Below, piece by piece: positions 8,611 through 17,359 of a stretch of DNA of 36,768 nt. A program made the translations under genes and the position numbers. The DNA is taken from assembly GCA_021158735.1 (NCBI GenBank), contig JAGGUC010000048.1:1-36768 (forward strand). The letters are read 5' to 3'. The notes under the pieces were generated by a model that was not told where the DNA came from, made no database searches, and worked only from the letters and a program-made list of their open reading frames with translations. Origin of the DNA: Desulfurococcales archaeon. Lineage in GTDB: Archaea > Thermoproteota > Thermoprotei_A > Sulfolobales > NBVN01. The stretch's first letter is position 1. Every line of letters starts with the position of its first letter.

Positions 8611-9861
8611 TCACCTCATGAACTTCTCTAACCCCTTACCCCGTTGCTTAGTTAGATCAGTATATGAAGTAGGTACGAGCTTTAAGGAACCTACTTTATT
8701 AGACCATAGCTCCTTATACTGCAGTAACTTCTCGATCCATGCTTCAATGTCTTCCTCGCTATTACTAGCTAGAATGTCTTTTATCTTAAGTATCACTGCC
8801 GCTGCCTCTCGAGCTACTCTGTTATTGGGGTCCCCACCTATCATAGACGCCACTATGCTTAGAGCGTCTAATTCAACTCCCTCCTCACCACCTTTAGTGG
8901 GGCTCTCCACCACTCTCTCCAACCTGATTCTGACATAAGCTTTCTCACCCACTATTCTTCTGATTTCCTTCACTATGTCATCCTTCACCTTGTATGGGAC
9001 CGTCACCCATACATGAATTATTCCCTTTTTATCTGAAGAGCTTACCTTACTGAGTATGACCTTGAGATCCTCCCTGAACCGGTTGTAATTAGTTTTGAGC
9101 ATTACTTGCGGCCTCACATTCAAGTTTATGGTGTGTACTACTGCCTCACTAGTGCTCAAGTCAACCATGTAGAAACCCTTACCTACTTCTCTCCACGACT
9201 CTATTTCGTCAGCCCTCATAATATCTATGCTACCTGCATAAGCTACCACTGTGCCGCTCTCCAGCTTCCTTGCGATCCTCCTATGCAGATGCCCCATCGC
9301 TACGTAAGCTACTTCATGCGGTAGGTCTGCGAGGTCAAGCCCCTCCTCTATCATGAAGAACTGCTTTACGTTCTGATGAAGCATAAGGACTGTTCTCCTA
9401 CCCTCAACCTTCGTCATTATGTCGTTTAGCTTTCTCCTCAACATGTTCAGGTACTTCATCCTTGGTGGGTGGTGAGACACACCTGCAATATAGTAGTCCC
9501 TTCCCCCGCAGTGAATAACATCTACATCAGGCGTTCTTGAAGTACCCAACAGCCTGAGGTAAGGCACTAGTACCTGAGGAGGGAGGTCGTACTTCTTAGG
9601 CAGGTCATGCTCACCTAAAACTGAGTATACGCGGATCCCGTGCTCATGAGCCCTTCTAAGTACTTCACCAGCAATTTTAATTGCTCTATTGGGTGGACGG
9701 GGCTTGTCGAACATGTCACCCGATATGACGATAGCCTCAACTCCTTCCTTGATTGCTAAATCAACAGCTTCCTCAAAAAGCGAGTATATGTCGATCTCCC
9801 TCTCCTCAATTCCGTACTGCCGGAAGCCTAAGTGAGTATCCGCTAGATGAGCGATCAGCAA
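8611..9861 (-). CDS. mre11: Mre11 nuclease (calcineurin-like phosphoesterase)
   Basis: 416 aa with phosphoesterase motifs in order: HLADTHLG, GDMFD, GEHD, HQN and GHLH. It is the first gene of the operon. Confidence 0.95.
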   Translation of the reverse strand: MLIAHLADTHLGFRQYGIEEREIDIYSLFEEAVDLAIKEGVEAIVISGDMFDKPRPPNRAIKIAGEVLRRAHEHGIRVYSVLGEHDLPKKYDLPPQVLVPYLRLLGTSRTPDVDVIHCGGRDYYIAGVSHHPPRMKYLNMLRRKLNDIMTKVEGRRTVLMLHQNVKQFFMIEEGLDLADLPHEVAYVAMGHLHRRIARKLESGTVVAYAGSIDIMRADEIESWREVGKGFYMVDLSTSEAVVHTINLNVRPQVMLKTNYNRFREDLKVILSKVSSSDKKGIIHVWVTVPYKVKDDIVKEIRRIVGEKAYVRIRLERVVESPTKGGEEGVELDALSIVASMIGGDPNNRVAREAAAVILKIKDILASNSEEDIEAWIEKLLQYKELWSNKVGSLKLVPTSYTDLTKQRGKGLEKFMR

Positions 9862-10028
9862 TTTCCCTACCTAATCAAACACTGGCTATAGAAGCTAATA
9901 TTAAGTGCGACCTTAATTAATGAGTAATACTTAATGAAGTGTTCAGCCACCTGCTCACAGCGTAGAGGTATTACCTCAAGATCCGTAAAAGTCATTTAAG
10001 ATGAGCTAGTACTTAGTACAGTGATTTA

Positions 10029-10661
10029 ATGAGGCTGAAGCCCAAGCTAAAGCTAGTCTGCGGTGCCGTTGCACTGCTGATTTTTACTGCAGTAGCTGTA
10101 ATTAACAAATATACACCGTTGCTGAGAAGCCCTGACGAATACTTAATTGTTTTCTCAAGCAGGCTCACCTCCCAGGCAGTATGGTTAATGACTGTGATAT
10201 CTGTTGCCGCAAGCATTTACTGTGTGTGGGCCATCGCACTACTTCTTCTCATGCTCTCTCTCACCATGAAATTACTGCCCAAACACATCATAGTTCAATT
10301 AGTTGCTGTGCTAGCAGCTACTGAAGTACTGACTGCTCTAATCAAGCTACTAGTAGGTGTTCCCAGACCGCTATTAGGTCACGCTGAGGTACAGTCACTA
10401 AGCGTTAACAATGCACTTCATATAGTAGGTATGATGTCCTTTCCTTCAGGTCATGTGGCGAGATTCACTGTGCTGTCAGTTTACTTAGGGTATACCTCAA
10501 AGGCTGCGGCAGTATTGCTGTATGTGTTACTGCTGTTAGTAGCGGTGAGTAGGGTGCTACTTAGGTCGCATTACTGTGTAGATGTATTAGGAGGATTTCT
10601 ACTTGGGGTAGGAACTTCACTCACAATTAACTCGCTACTGACTGACTATAGAAGGAGGTGA
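10029..10661 (+). CDS. PAP2-family membrane phosphatase
   Basis: 210 aa, polytopic. The three PAP2 motifs are present: KLLVGVPRP, PSGH and SRVLLRSHYCVDVLGG. Confidence 0.8.
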   Translation: MRLKPKLKLVCGAVALLIFTAVAVINKYTPLLRSPDEYLIVFSSRLTSQAVWLMTVISVAASIYCVWAIALLLLMLSLTMKLLPKHIIVQLVAVLAATEVLTALIKLLVGVPRPLLGHAEVQSLSVNNALHIVGMMSFPSGHVARFTVLSVYLGYTSKAAAVLLYVLLLLVAVSRVLLRSHYCVDVLGGFLLGVGTSLTINSLLTDYRRR

Positions 10662-10665
10662 GGGT

Positions 10666-11166
10666 ATGTCCGTTGCTATCGAGCTCTTCATCACGTCAGT
10701 ACCATCAGTATTAAAGATTCTACTGCTTTCACTACTACCTACTTTTGAGGGTAGGTATGCACTTTTAATAGGTATCGCTGTTGGATTAGATCCCCTGACA
10801 TCATTCACTATTGCTTCGACAGGAGTTACTATTCTAGCTGTAGTGTTGCCTAGTGTCCTAACATTTATTGATGACCTGGCTAGGGCAGTATGGAACAGTA
10901 AATACACGTTAATCTCTAAGTTCTCTGGGTTATACCTTCGCTACGTCAGCAGTGTGAGACGCCGAGTGCACAAATATGTTGACAGATACGGCACCATAGG
11001 ACTCATACTATTTGTTGCTGTTCCACTCCCTGCTACAGGGGTATGGACCGGAGCGCTAGGTGCTTATTTATTGGGCATGAGTAAGTGGAGGACCGTAATC
11101 TCACTACTGGTCGGTGGCTTAATCTCCAACACAATAACTCTTGTTGCTGCAGTCATTGTGGTTTGA
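10666..11166 (+). CDS. Small membrane protein, COG2426 'putative small multidrug export'-like
   Basis: 166 aa with 4-5 TM helices. The N-terminal motif LLPTFEGRYALLIGIAVGLDP resembles this family. A strong GGAGGTGA Shine-Dalgarno at 10654-10661 precedes the ATG. Confidence 0.6.
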   Translation: MSVAIELFITSVPSVLKILLLSLLPTFEGRYALLIGIAVGLDPLTSFTIASTGVTILAVVLPSVLTFIDDLARAVWNSKYTLISKFSGLYLRYVSSVRRRVHKYVDRYGTIGLILFVAVPLPATGVWTGALGAYLLGMSKWRTVISLLVGGLISNTITLVAAVIVV

Positions 11167-11252
11167 AAGTGACGCATCAAGTCGATTATCGTGGACACCG
11201 TACCTTAGTTATTACATGACTTATTTATTTTATCAGCACCTGATCCTACTTC

Positions 11253-12125
11253 TTGCTGGAGGTGCTGGAAGTGGAACTAATTGCTGGCGTGATAGCAGCT
11301 GTTGCTTCATCTGTAGCGTTCTCCACAGCATCAATATTTATTAAGCTAAGCCTTAGAGACGTAAGAGACCCGTTCCTCGTTAACGGCATTAGAGCTGCCT
11401 TTGCTTCCCTAGTGTACATCCCCATTCTCGCCGTTATGGATGTCAAGAACGTTAGCTTATACGTTTTTGCTGTCATTGTAGCGTCAACAGTCATTGGTCC
11501 TGGGATCGGTGATGTACTATTCATCGTGAGTGTCGACAAGCTAGGTGCTGGCTTAGCAACCGTGCTGTCCTATCAGTACATACTGATAGCTCAGATCCTG
11601 AACATCTTCATTCTCCAGGACTACAGAGGCTTCATATCACTTTACCTAACCCCTCTAGCACTATTCGGTATGTACCTCGCAGTTAGTGAGGGCGGCATGA
11701 AGACGAATTTAAAGGGAGTGGTGTTTGCATATGCCGCAGCCTTCGTGTGGGGTCTAAGCACGATACTCGTTTCGTACCTGGTAAATACGTGCGGACTTCC
11801 CCCCATACAGGTGGCAGGCCTTAGGGTAGTTGTCTTAGCGCCCATACTAATGAGTATTGGTGTTAGAAACATTAGAACCATGACTAAGAGGGCCCTAGCC
11901 ATACTTGCCACGTCAGGTGTCGTATCATACTTTATAGGCTTCATTTTATTTACGACATCACTGAGAGTGCTAGGAGTAATGATACCTTCACTAGCAACAA
12001 CACTGACCCCAATGCTGTCTCAGCTAATTTCAAGTAAGGTGCTGTCCGAGGCACTTACACCTAGAAGAGTCACAGGTTCGTTACTGATCATTATTTCGCT
12101 AATCTTGGTTGTTCTACTCGCATAA
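11253..12125 (+). CDS. EamA/DMT-superfamily transporter
   Basis: 290 aa with about 10 TM helices in two similar halves, typical of EamA domains. The real start may be GTG at 11271, which follows GGAGGTG at 11258-11264. Confidence 0.8.
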   Translation: MLEVLEVELIAGVIAAVASSVAFSTASIFIKLSLRDVRDPFLVNGIRAAFASLVYIPILAVMDVKNVSLYVFAVIVASTVIGPGIGDVLFIVSVDKLGAGLATVLSYQYILIAQILNIFILQDYRGFISLYLTPLALFGMYLAVSEGGMKTNLKGVVFAYAAAFVWGLSTILVSYLVNTCGLPPIQVAGLRVVVLAPILMSIGVRNIRTMTKRALAILATSGVVSYFIGFILFTTSLRVLGVMIPSLATTLTPMLSQLISSKVLSEALTPRRVTGSLLIIISLILVVLLA

Positions 12126-12412
12126 AAGCATGAGCCAGACGCTTCTGTCCCATGCAAAGCACGCGAGGTATGAAATTACCCGTTTTGTTACTACCGCAGT
12201 ACAACTATTACGTTCTTCACAACATAATTATCCCTAAGCGCAAAGAGGTAGTTAATACTTTGATTATTTAAGGATGAATTTCATAAATCAAACGAAGCTT
12301 CTGGACGCGACCAAGACATAAAATAATTAGGAAGGAACCACCAGGTTGAACAAGCCCGGAAGACAGAAGAGATAGCAATAAGAATTTATTAGTTTAAAAA
12401 CTAAGTGCTGAT

Positions 12413-14152
12413 TTACTTTTGTAAAATACTTAAGACCTCATTAACATGCTGTACAGCTACTTCAATATGGTCCTTAATGAAGTTGCACTTGACCATGTTC
12501 TCAACACTGCTCAAGTAGCTTAGCGATAGGTTCAGTGCTTCCACCGCACCACTAATATTGCCCTCCTTGATCATGTCCTTCGCCTGGTCGAGGGCTTCCT
12601 CGGCACTCCCCAGCAGAGCCCTAGCCTCAATACTTAACCCGCATATGTGTAATTTACTTACTTTTAATGTAGTTTCCACCAGCTTCAGTGCCCTATCAGT
12701 GAGGACGTACGCAATTGAGTGCTTCTCCCCTTCAGCTTCCTCGGCCCTGTGAAGCACTCTCTCTGCATGACCTATCACGTACTTGGTTACTGAGTCAAGC
12801 ACGTGCTCTACCCGAGATATTACAGCCATAATTATCTTGAGGTATGGTTTTCCATGACCTGCTTCCTTCCTTAAATCGACAACCTTCTCCTTTAATTCCT
12901 CAACCAAGTCCTTAATTTCCTGTATGGACTCTGATACCCCCTCCTCGTCCCCACTAGCTGCTCTTTCTGCAAGCTGCTTGAGAACATCTATGACCTCTCT
13001 TGACAGGTCAGCTATTTCCTCAATTCCTTCCTTAATGTGGCCCGGTATTTCAGGGTTTGGCGTGACCTTACTCTCAACGTACTCTATGAGGGTTTGAACC
13101 GCCTTAATAACTTTACTTACGTTGTACCCGACCTCAAGTGCTCGGCAGGTTATTCTGTGCCTCAGCGCCGCTTGAATCCGGGTTGCAAACACCATTCTCT
13201 CCAAGTTCCCTAAGTACACTATGAGTCTCATTTTACTAACATTCAGCTTCTCCTCAACCATGCTCTCGAGCTTTTCTAGTTCCTTCGAGAGTTTGTCTGC
13301 GATCGACTCTAGCTTATTAGCTACTTTCACAAGTCCTAAATCTCTCAGCTTCTGAGCATTCTCCCTTAATTCCTCAATGGATCTTTTAGTGGAGTTTACT
13401 AGTGCTACTACTCTGACTTCCGCCTTCTCGACTATTGTAGTAGCTATAGCCTCATTTAATTCTGTACTAACATATCGCAGAAGCTCCCTAACCTCCTCTA
13501 TAGTACTGTTAAAGTATTCTCCATCCCACTCAGCTGTTCCGTTGATGACTTTATCTACATACTTCCTTAATTCTGCTAACTTCTTGCTTATGTTGGCTAG
13601 CACGGACCTGAGCTCATCGGCTAATGTGGCATTAATTACTTCCTTACTCTCAGCTCTTTCAACAGCTGCTTCAAGGGCCCCCGCAGTTGCATTTAATGCA
13701 TTAACCAGTCTCAAACACGTACTAACCTTCACTCTGATCCTTAGTCGCTCCTTCACAGGAAGAGGCATGTACTCCTTAGCAGCCAAACTTATTGCCCTAT
13801 GAACCTTCTTCATTCCCTCAATGAATAATTCCCTAGCAAGCGTCTTATTACCAGCCTCCTCAGCAACTGTTATGTTGCTCAGGAGTTTTTTGGTCTCATT
13901 AATCAGTGCCCACGGCTCAGTGTCTGCAGGTATTCCCCACCTATTAAGCAACCTTTCAGCCAAGACTATCGTGTGATTTAATATTCTGACGTAACTACCG
14001 TTAGCCACTACAGGGGTTGCATTAGACCATTCGTGCTCTGCTGAACTCCAGTCCTCACCTACGTCCTGGGCCATTACCGATGTTGGGACAATCACACCTA
14101 AAGCCACTAACAGGATTAAGGGCAGAGCCACCAGTTTTGAAGCTACGACCAC
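12413..14152 (-). CDS. Secreted, predominantly alpha-helical, sequon-rich protein of unknown function
   Basis: 579 aa. An N-terminal signal-like segment (KLVALPLILLVALGVIVPTSVMA/QD) is followed by heptad-like E/K/L-rich helices. I count 16 N-x-S/T sequons. There is no C-terminal TM helix. GGTGAG SD-like sequence and TATA-like GTTTTTAAT lie upstream. Confidence 0.7.
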   Translation of the reverse strand: MVVASKLVALPLILLVALGVIVPTSVMAQDVGEDWSSAEHEWSNATPVVANGSYVRILNHTIVLAERLLNRWGIPADTEPWALINETKKLLSNITVAEEAGNKTLARELFIEGMKKVHRAISLAAKEYMPLPVKERLRIRVKVSTCLRLVNALNATAGALEAAVERAESKEVINATLADELRSVLANISKKLAELRKYVDKVINGTAEWDGEYFNSTIEEVRELLRYVSTELNEAIATTIVEKAEVRVVALVNSTKRSIEELRENAQKLRDLGLVKVANKLESIADKLSKELEKLESMVEEKLNVSKMRLIVYLGNLERMVFATRIQAALRHRITCRALEVGYNVSKVIKAVQTLIEYVESKVTPNPEIPGHIKEGIEEIADLSREVIDVLKQLAERAASGDEEGVSESIQEIKDLVEELKEKVVDLRKEAGHGKPYLKIIMAVISRVEHVLDSVTKYVIGHAERVLHRAEEAEGEKHSIAYVLTDRALKLVETTLKVSKLHICGLSIEARALLGSAEEALDQAKDMIKEGNISGAVEALNLSLSYLSSVENMVKCNFIKDHIEVAVQHVNEVLSILQK

Positions 14153-14188
14153 TTTTCACTCACCACTAAGGAAACGAGTTCGTTCTAG

Positions 14189-14197
14189 ATTAAAAAC
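14189..14197 (-). promoter_or_regulatory. TATA-box-like element for the 12413..14152 gene
   Basis: The minus strand reads GTTTTTAAT about 40 nt upstream of the GTG start. This leaves room for a short leader containing GGTGAG. Confidence 0.3.
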
Positions 14198-14233
14198 CCC
14201 CTAAGAAACGCGGAACGCTTCACCCAGAACTGA

Positions 14234-14249
14234 AGGAACACCTGTTCCT
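14234..14249. promoter_or_regulatory. Perfect 7-2-7 inverted repeat AGGAACA-CC-TGTTCCT; candidate regulator binding site
   Basis: Read directly from the sequence. It lies about 40-55 bp upstream of the putative TATA box of the secreted-protein gene. Confidence 0.25.
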
Positions 14250-14462
14250 ATGAGCAGTTCACTCATTCCCCAATACTGTACTTTAGACGGACATCCCATG
14301 CGTGCAAATGACTCTATCATGCCATTCCTCAAAATTCGTTGAGTCACGTTACTTAAAATAATGTAATACACGGTAATCTATGATGTTAAGTATTAAGTTG
14401 CACACCAAAATCTCTCTTATAGATGAAAAGAAGATGTTTTAGAAAGCAGGAACTTAAGTATT

Positions 14463-15533
14463 TCAGCCCTCTCTTTGACTAAGTAGTTCTTCACCTTTCT
14501 CGGTTAGGAATAAGTAGGTTCTACCTCCTTCATCAATCCTGTTAATTAAGTTAAGCTCAGATAACTTCCTGACACGCCTCCATACGACGGATTTACTTAG
14601 CCCCACCTTCCTAGCCAGGCCAGATATCGTCAACTTATCATTCTTAAGTGCCTTTAGTATTTCTATGTCGCGCTCATCAACTTCACCACTAAAGACGAAG
14701 CCCTCACCACCTTCACCTCGTGCACCACCAGAAGGTACTAGTGCCGCCCCTCTACGCCTCGTTAATACTGCTGCTAGTACACCAATAATAGCGATTACTG
14801 CTGCTATCATAACATACACACCCCAATCATGGGTTCTGGGTGGCGGTGCCTCAGTATGTGTTGAGGTTTCATGCTGTGTTGTGGAGGTAGTGATCTTAGC
14901 TGTAGTTGTGGGGTAGGCGCTGGAGTATGGCATAGTTACTCCTGCAGGCGTGGTGGTTTCCGTAATGTTAATGGGGACTGTCGTTGTCTCCGTTATGGTT
15001 GGAGGTAGGTACTGTATTAGGTAAGTCCCTCCACTAACATACTTAAGTACTAGTGTTTCATCATACATAGTCACTGTAGCCGTGCCATTGAAGTACAGTA
15101 GTGCTGCACCACTGGGTAAGAATACCGTAGCTGGGCCCGCTGGCGTTATCATGACCTCGACGTAACCCATTGCCTGAGTTGCTACTAGAGCAGTGTAGGT
15201 TACTACAACATCTCTTGACGTATTAGACGTGTAAATAGCTAGTGTAGTTTCGTTAATTAACTCAACTGGAAGCACATTACCTACTTCATTAGTTGCTACT
15301 GCACTTTCAGGTATCATTCCCTTATCAACCTTAACATATACTACATAAGCTCCTTTGACGTCGCTCACCATCAGTGTGACGGTGGCACGGCCTTCAGAAT
15401 CTAATCTGTACCTGTAGCTGACGGTGTAGGCATAAGCAGTACTACTCATTAAAGCAGGCAAAACAGCGAGCAGTACGACAGCAGCCGCTAATACTCTCCG
15501 CAATTTTTCTACCGGGTATTCCACTTTAATCAC
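14463..15533 (-). CDS. Membrane-anchored protein: signal peptide, extracellular beta-rich domain, Thr-rich stalk, one TM helix, cytoplasmic winged-HTH (Lrp/MarR-like)
   Basis: 356 aa. The N-terminal hydrophobic segment is AAAVVLLAVLPALMSSTAYA. The stalk contains a tandem ITETTT peptide and TTTAKITTSTTQHETSTHTE. The TM helix is WGVYVMIAAVIAIIGVLAAVL, followed by RRR (positive-inside). The C-terminal wHTH is DIEILKALKNDKLTISGLARKVGLSKSVVWRRVRKLSELNLINR. TATA-like AAATTAATTTAAG (minus, 15554-15566) lies about 29 nt upstream of the GTG start. Confidence 0.75.
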   Translation of the reverse strand: MIKVEYPVEKLRRVLAAAVVLLAVLPALMSSTAYAYTVSYRYRLDSEGRATVTLMVSDVKGAYVVYVKVDKGMIPESAVATNEVGNVLPVELINETTLAIYTSNTSRDVVVTYTALVATQAMGYVEVMITPAGPATVFLPSGAALLYFNGTATVTMYDETLVLKYVSGGTYLIQYLPPTITETTTVPINITETTTPAGVTMPYSSAYPTTTAKITTSTTQHETSTHTEAPPPRTHDWGVYVMIAAVIAIIGVLAAVLTRRRGAALVPSGGARGEGGEGFVFSGEVDERDIEILKALKNDKLTISGLARKVGLSKSVVWRRVRKLSELNLINRIDEGGRTYLFLTEKGEELLSQREG

Positions 15534-15671
15534 ATAAAATCATTCTGAAGTCCCTTAAATTAATTTGCTGTTAGTTAAGTAAGGCAAAATTAATCATATA
15601 GTGATTAGGAATTTACATAATTATTACTTACTTCATATGCAATGAATTTTGAATAATATTCAACTAAGAAG

Positions 15672-16733
15672 TTAAGCCCGAATACTATGTGTGTCGAAGT
15701 CATACCTAAGTACAGCAATTATACCACCAAGTGCCTTGAGTCTAACCGATGCTGGTGTTTCAGTAGGAACTATCCTTACTAGTGCCCCCCTACTCTCTGC
15801 CGTGCTGAGTACTTCCTCAACGGTCTCTCTATTACCTCCGCTAAGTAATTCCTCACTAACAAGTAGCTTACTCACTGCATTAGCTTCAACCGCCAGCTTA
15901 ACGGATTCGAGCCCATAGGCCACACGCTCAGGCTTCTTGCTCAAAAGCATCATGAATTCCTCAAGCACCTCCTCAGCCTCAACAGCTGATACTTCCCTAA
16001 GGAGGTTCTTAACCACGTCTCTCCGAATTAACTCACTAATTCCTGCCCTCCCACCCGATGATACAGAGTCAACATATAGCCTAATGCCTTGATTGCGGGG
16101 TAATTGCGACGATAATTTCTTAGCTATCAGGTCCTTAAGAAAAGCAGGTGAACCAACAACCACCAGCCTTACTTTCTCTCTGGCTAACACAGACAGGGCC
16201 AGTTCCACCACGCAGTCAACTATTCTTTCCAGTGAGTTCGGGTCTCGGCTTGACACACCCGGTAATGACCTGTCGATCAAGTACTTGACCCCTTGACCAT
16301 AAATAATTGCTACTGATACTTCGTCGAAATCTGCAGCGAGAAGTAATGCATTAACCCATCTTTCACTGGCCCTCCTAAGTCTCTTTAACTGCGACTTACT
16401 CCATGATTCCTTAATGATGCTTACCTCAGTGCCCACATCAATATTCAGTGTGTGGTGTGAACCCTTTAATCCGTAACCGTCCGGAGCATCCACTATTACA
16501 CCATGGATCCTCAGTCTTGTGGCGAAAGGCTGAAAGTAGATATTCTTCACTCTAATAGCTACCACCATAGGTAGTCTTCTCTTTCCTTCACCATCTATTT
16601 TAACGTCTCTCAGAGTCCTAGCAATAATTACGTCCCCTTCACTGACGACCGTCTTAAGTACCCACAGGTCATCAGCACACTCAACCCTGACCTTCACCAC
16701 CCCTTTTCTTAGATCCTCAAACACCACCTTCAA
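15672..16733 (-). CDS. pelA: Pelota (Dom34) ribosome rescue / mRNA surveillance factor
   Basis: 353 aa. The N-terminus MKVVFEDLRKGVVKVRVECADDLWVLKTVV and the three-domain eRF1-like layout are characteristic of archaeal Pelota. Confidence 0.9.
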   Translation of the reverse strand: MKVVFEDLRKGVVKVRVECADDLWVLKTVVSEGDVIIARTLRDVKIDGEGKRRLPMVVAIRVKNIYFQPFATRLRIHGVIVDAPDGYGLKGSHHTLNIDVGTEVSIIKESWSKSQLKRLRRASERWVNALLLAADFDEVSVAIIYGQGVKYLIDRSLPGVSSRDPNSLERIVDCVVELALSVLAREKVRLVVVGSPAFLKDLIAKKLSSQLPRNQGIRLYVDSVSSGGRAGISELIRRDVVKNLLREVSAVEAEEVLEEFMMLLSKKPERVAYGLESVKLAVEANAVSKLLVSEELLSGGNRETVEEVLSTAESRGALVRIVPTETPASVRLKALGGIIAVLRYDFDTHSIRA

Positions 16734-16880
16734 TAAACTACCCCACTATCATGGAGCTACCGAACTAATTAACTTAAAACTCAGGACACATCCTCCAGCA
16801 CAAATTTATTAGCCCAACGGGCACTAATACACACCACTGCGAGGTGGTTAGTTAATGCAGAAGAAACTCGAGTAAAAGCT

Positions 16881-17279
16881 ATGCTAGGCGAAGGGTTTAG
16901 AGTTGAGGCACAGGCTAAAAACCACAGAATAGTAATGGATCTCCCATCTTCTTTTGGTGGTGCTGGCCCAACGCCTGTGGATTTGTTGCTAGCATCGCTA
17001 GCCAGGTGCTACGGTATAGTTTCAAGATATCACACACCTAAGCACGGCATAGAGATAAGAGGTATGAACATAATTATCGAGGCAGAGTACGACCCAGCAG
17101 GATTTGAAGGAGAGGACGTTAAGCCCGGCCTGCAAAAGGTCAGCATCATTGTCGAGGTCGACACACCAAATAGTGAAGAGGAAATTAAGGAGTTCATGAA
17201 GTTCGTTAGCCAGCACTGTCCTATTGAGGACACATTAAGAAGTCAAACCTCAGTAACCACAGTAATTAAGAAGAAGTAA
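16881..17279 (+). CDS. OsmC/Ohr-family peroxiredoxin-like protein
   Basis: 132 aa. It has the family pattern GGAGPTPVDLLLASLARC plus a second conserved Cys in SQHCPI. Confidence 0.85.
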   Translation: MLGEGFRVEAQAKNHRIVMDLPSSFGGAGPTPVDLLLASLARCYGIVSRYHTPKHGIEIRGMNIIIEAEYDPAGFEGEDVKPGLQKVSIIVEVDTPNSEEEIKEFMKFVSQHCPIEDTLRSQTSVTTVIKKK

Positions 17280-17318
17280 GAAGTGCTTTCATAATATAAT
17301 GTAAAACAATATAAGTAG

Positions 17319-17329
17319 TTTTTATTATA
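17319..17329 (+). promoter_or_regulatory. TATA-box-like element upstream of the aminotransferase gene
   Basis: TTTTTATTATA is centred about 36 nt upstream of the ATG at 17360. Confidence 0.3.
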
Positions 17330-17359
17330 GAACCTCAATCTTTAGCAGGGTACGTCAGA

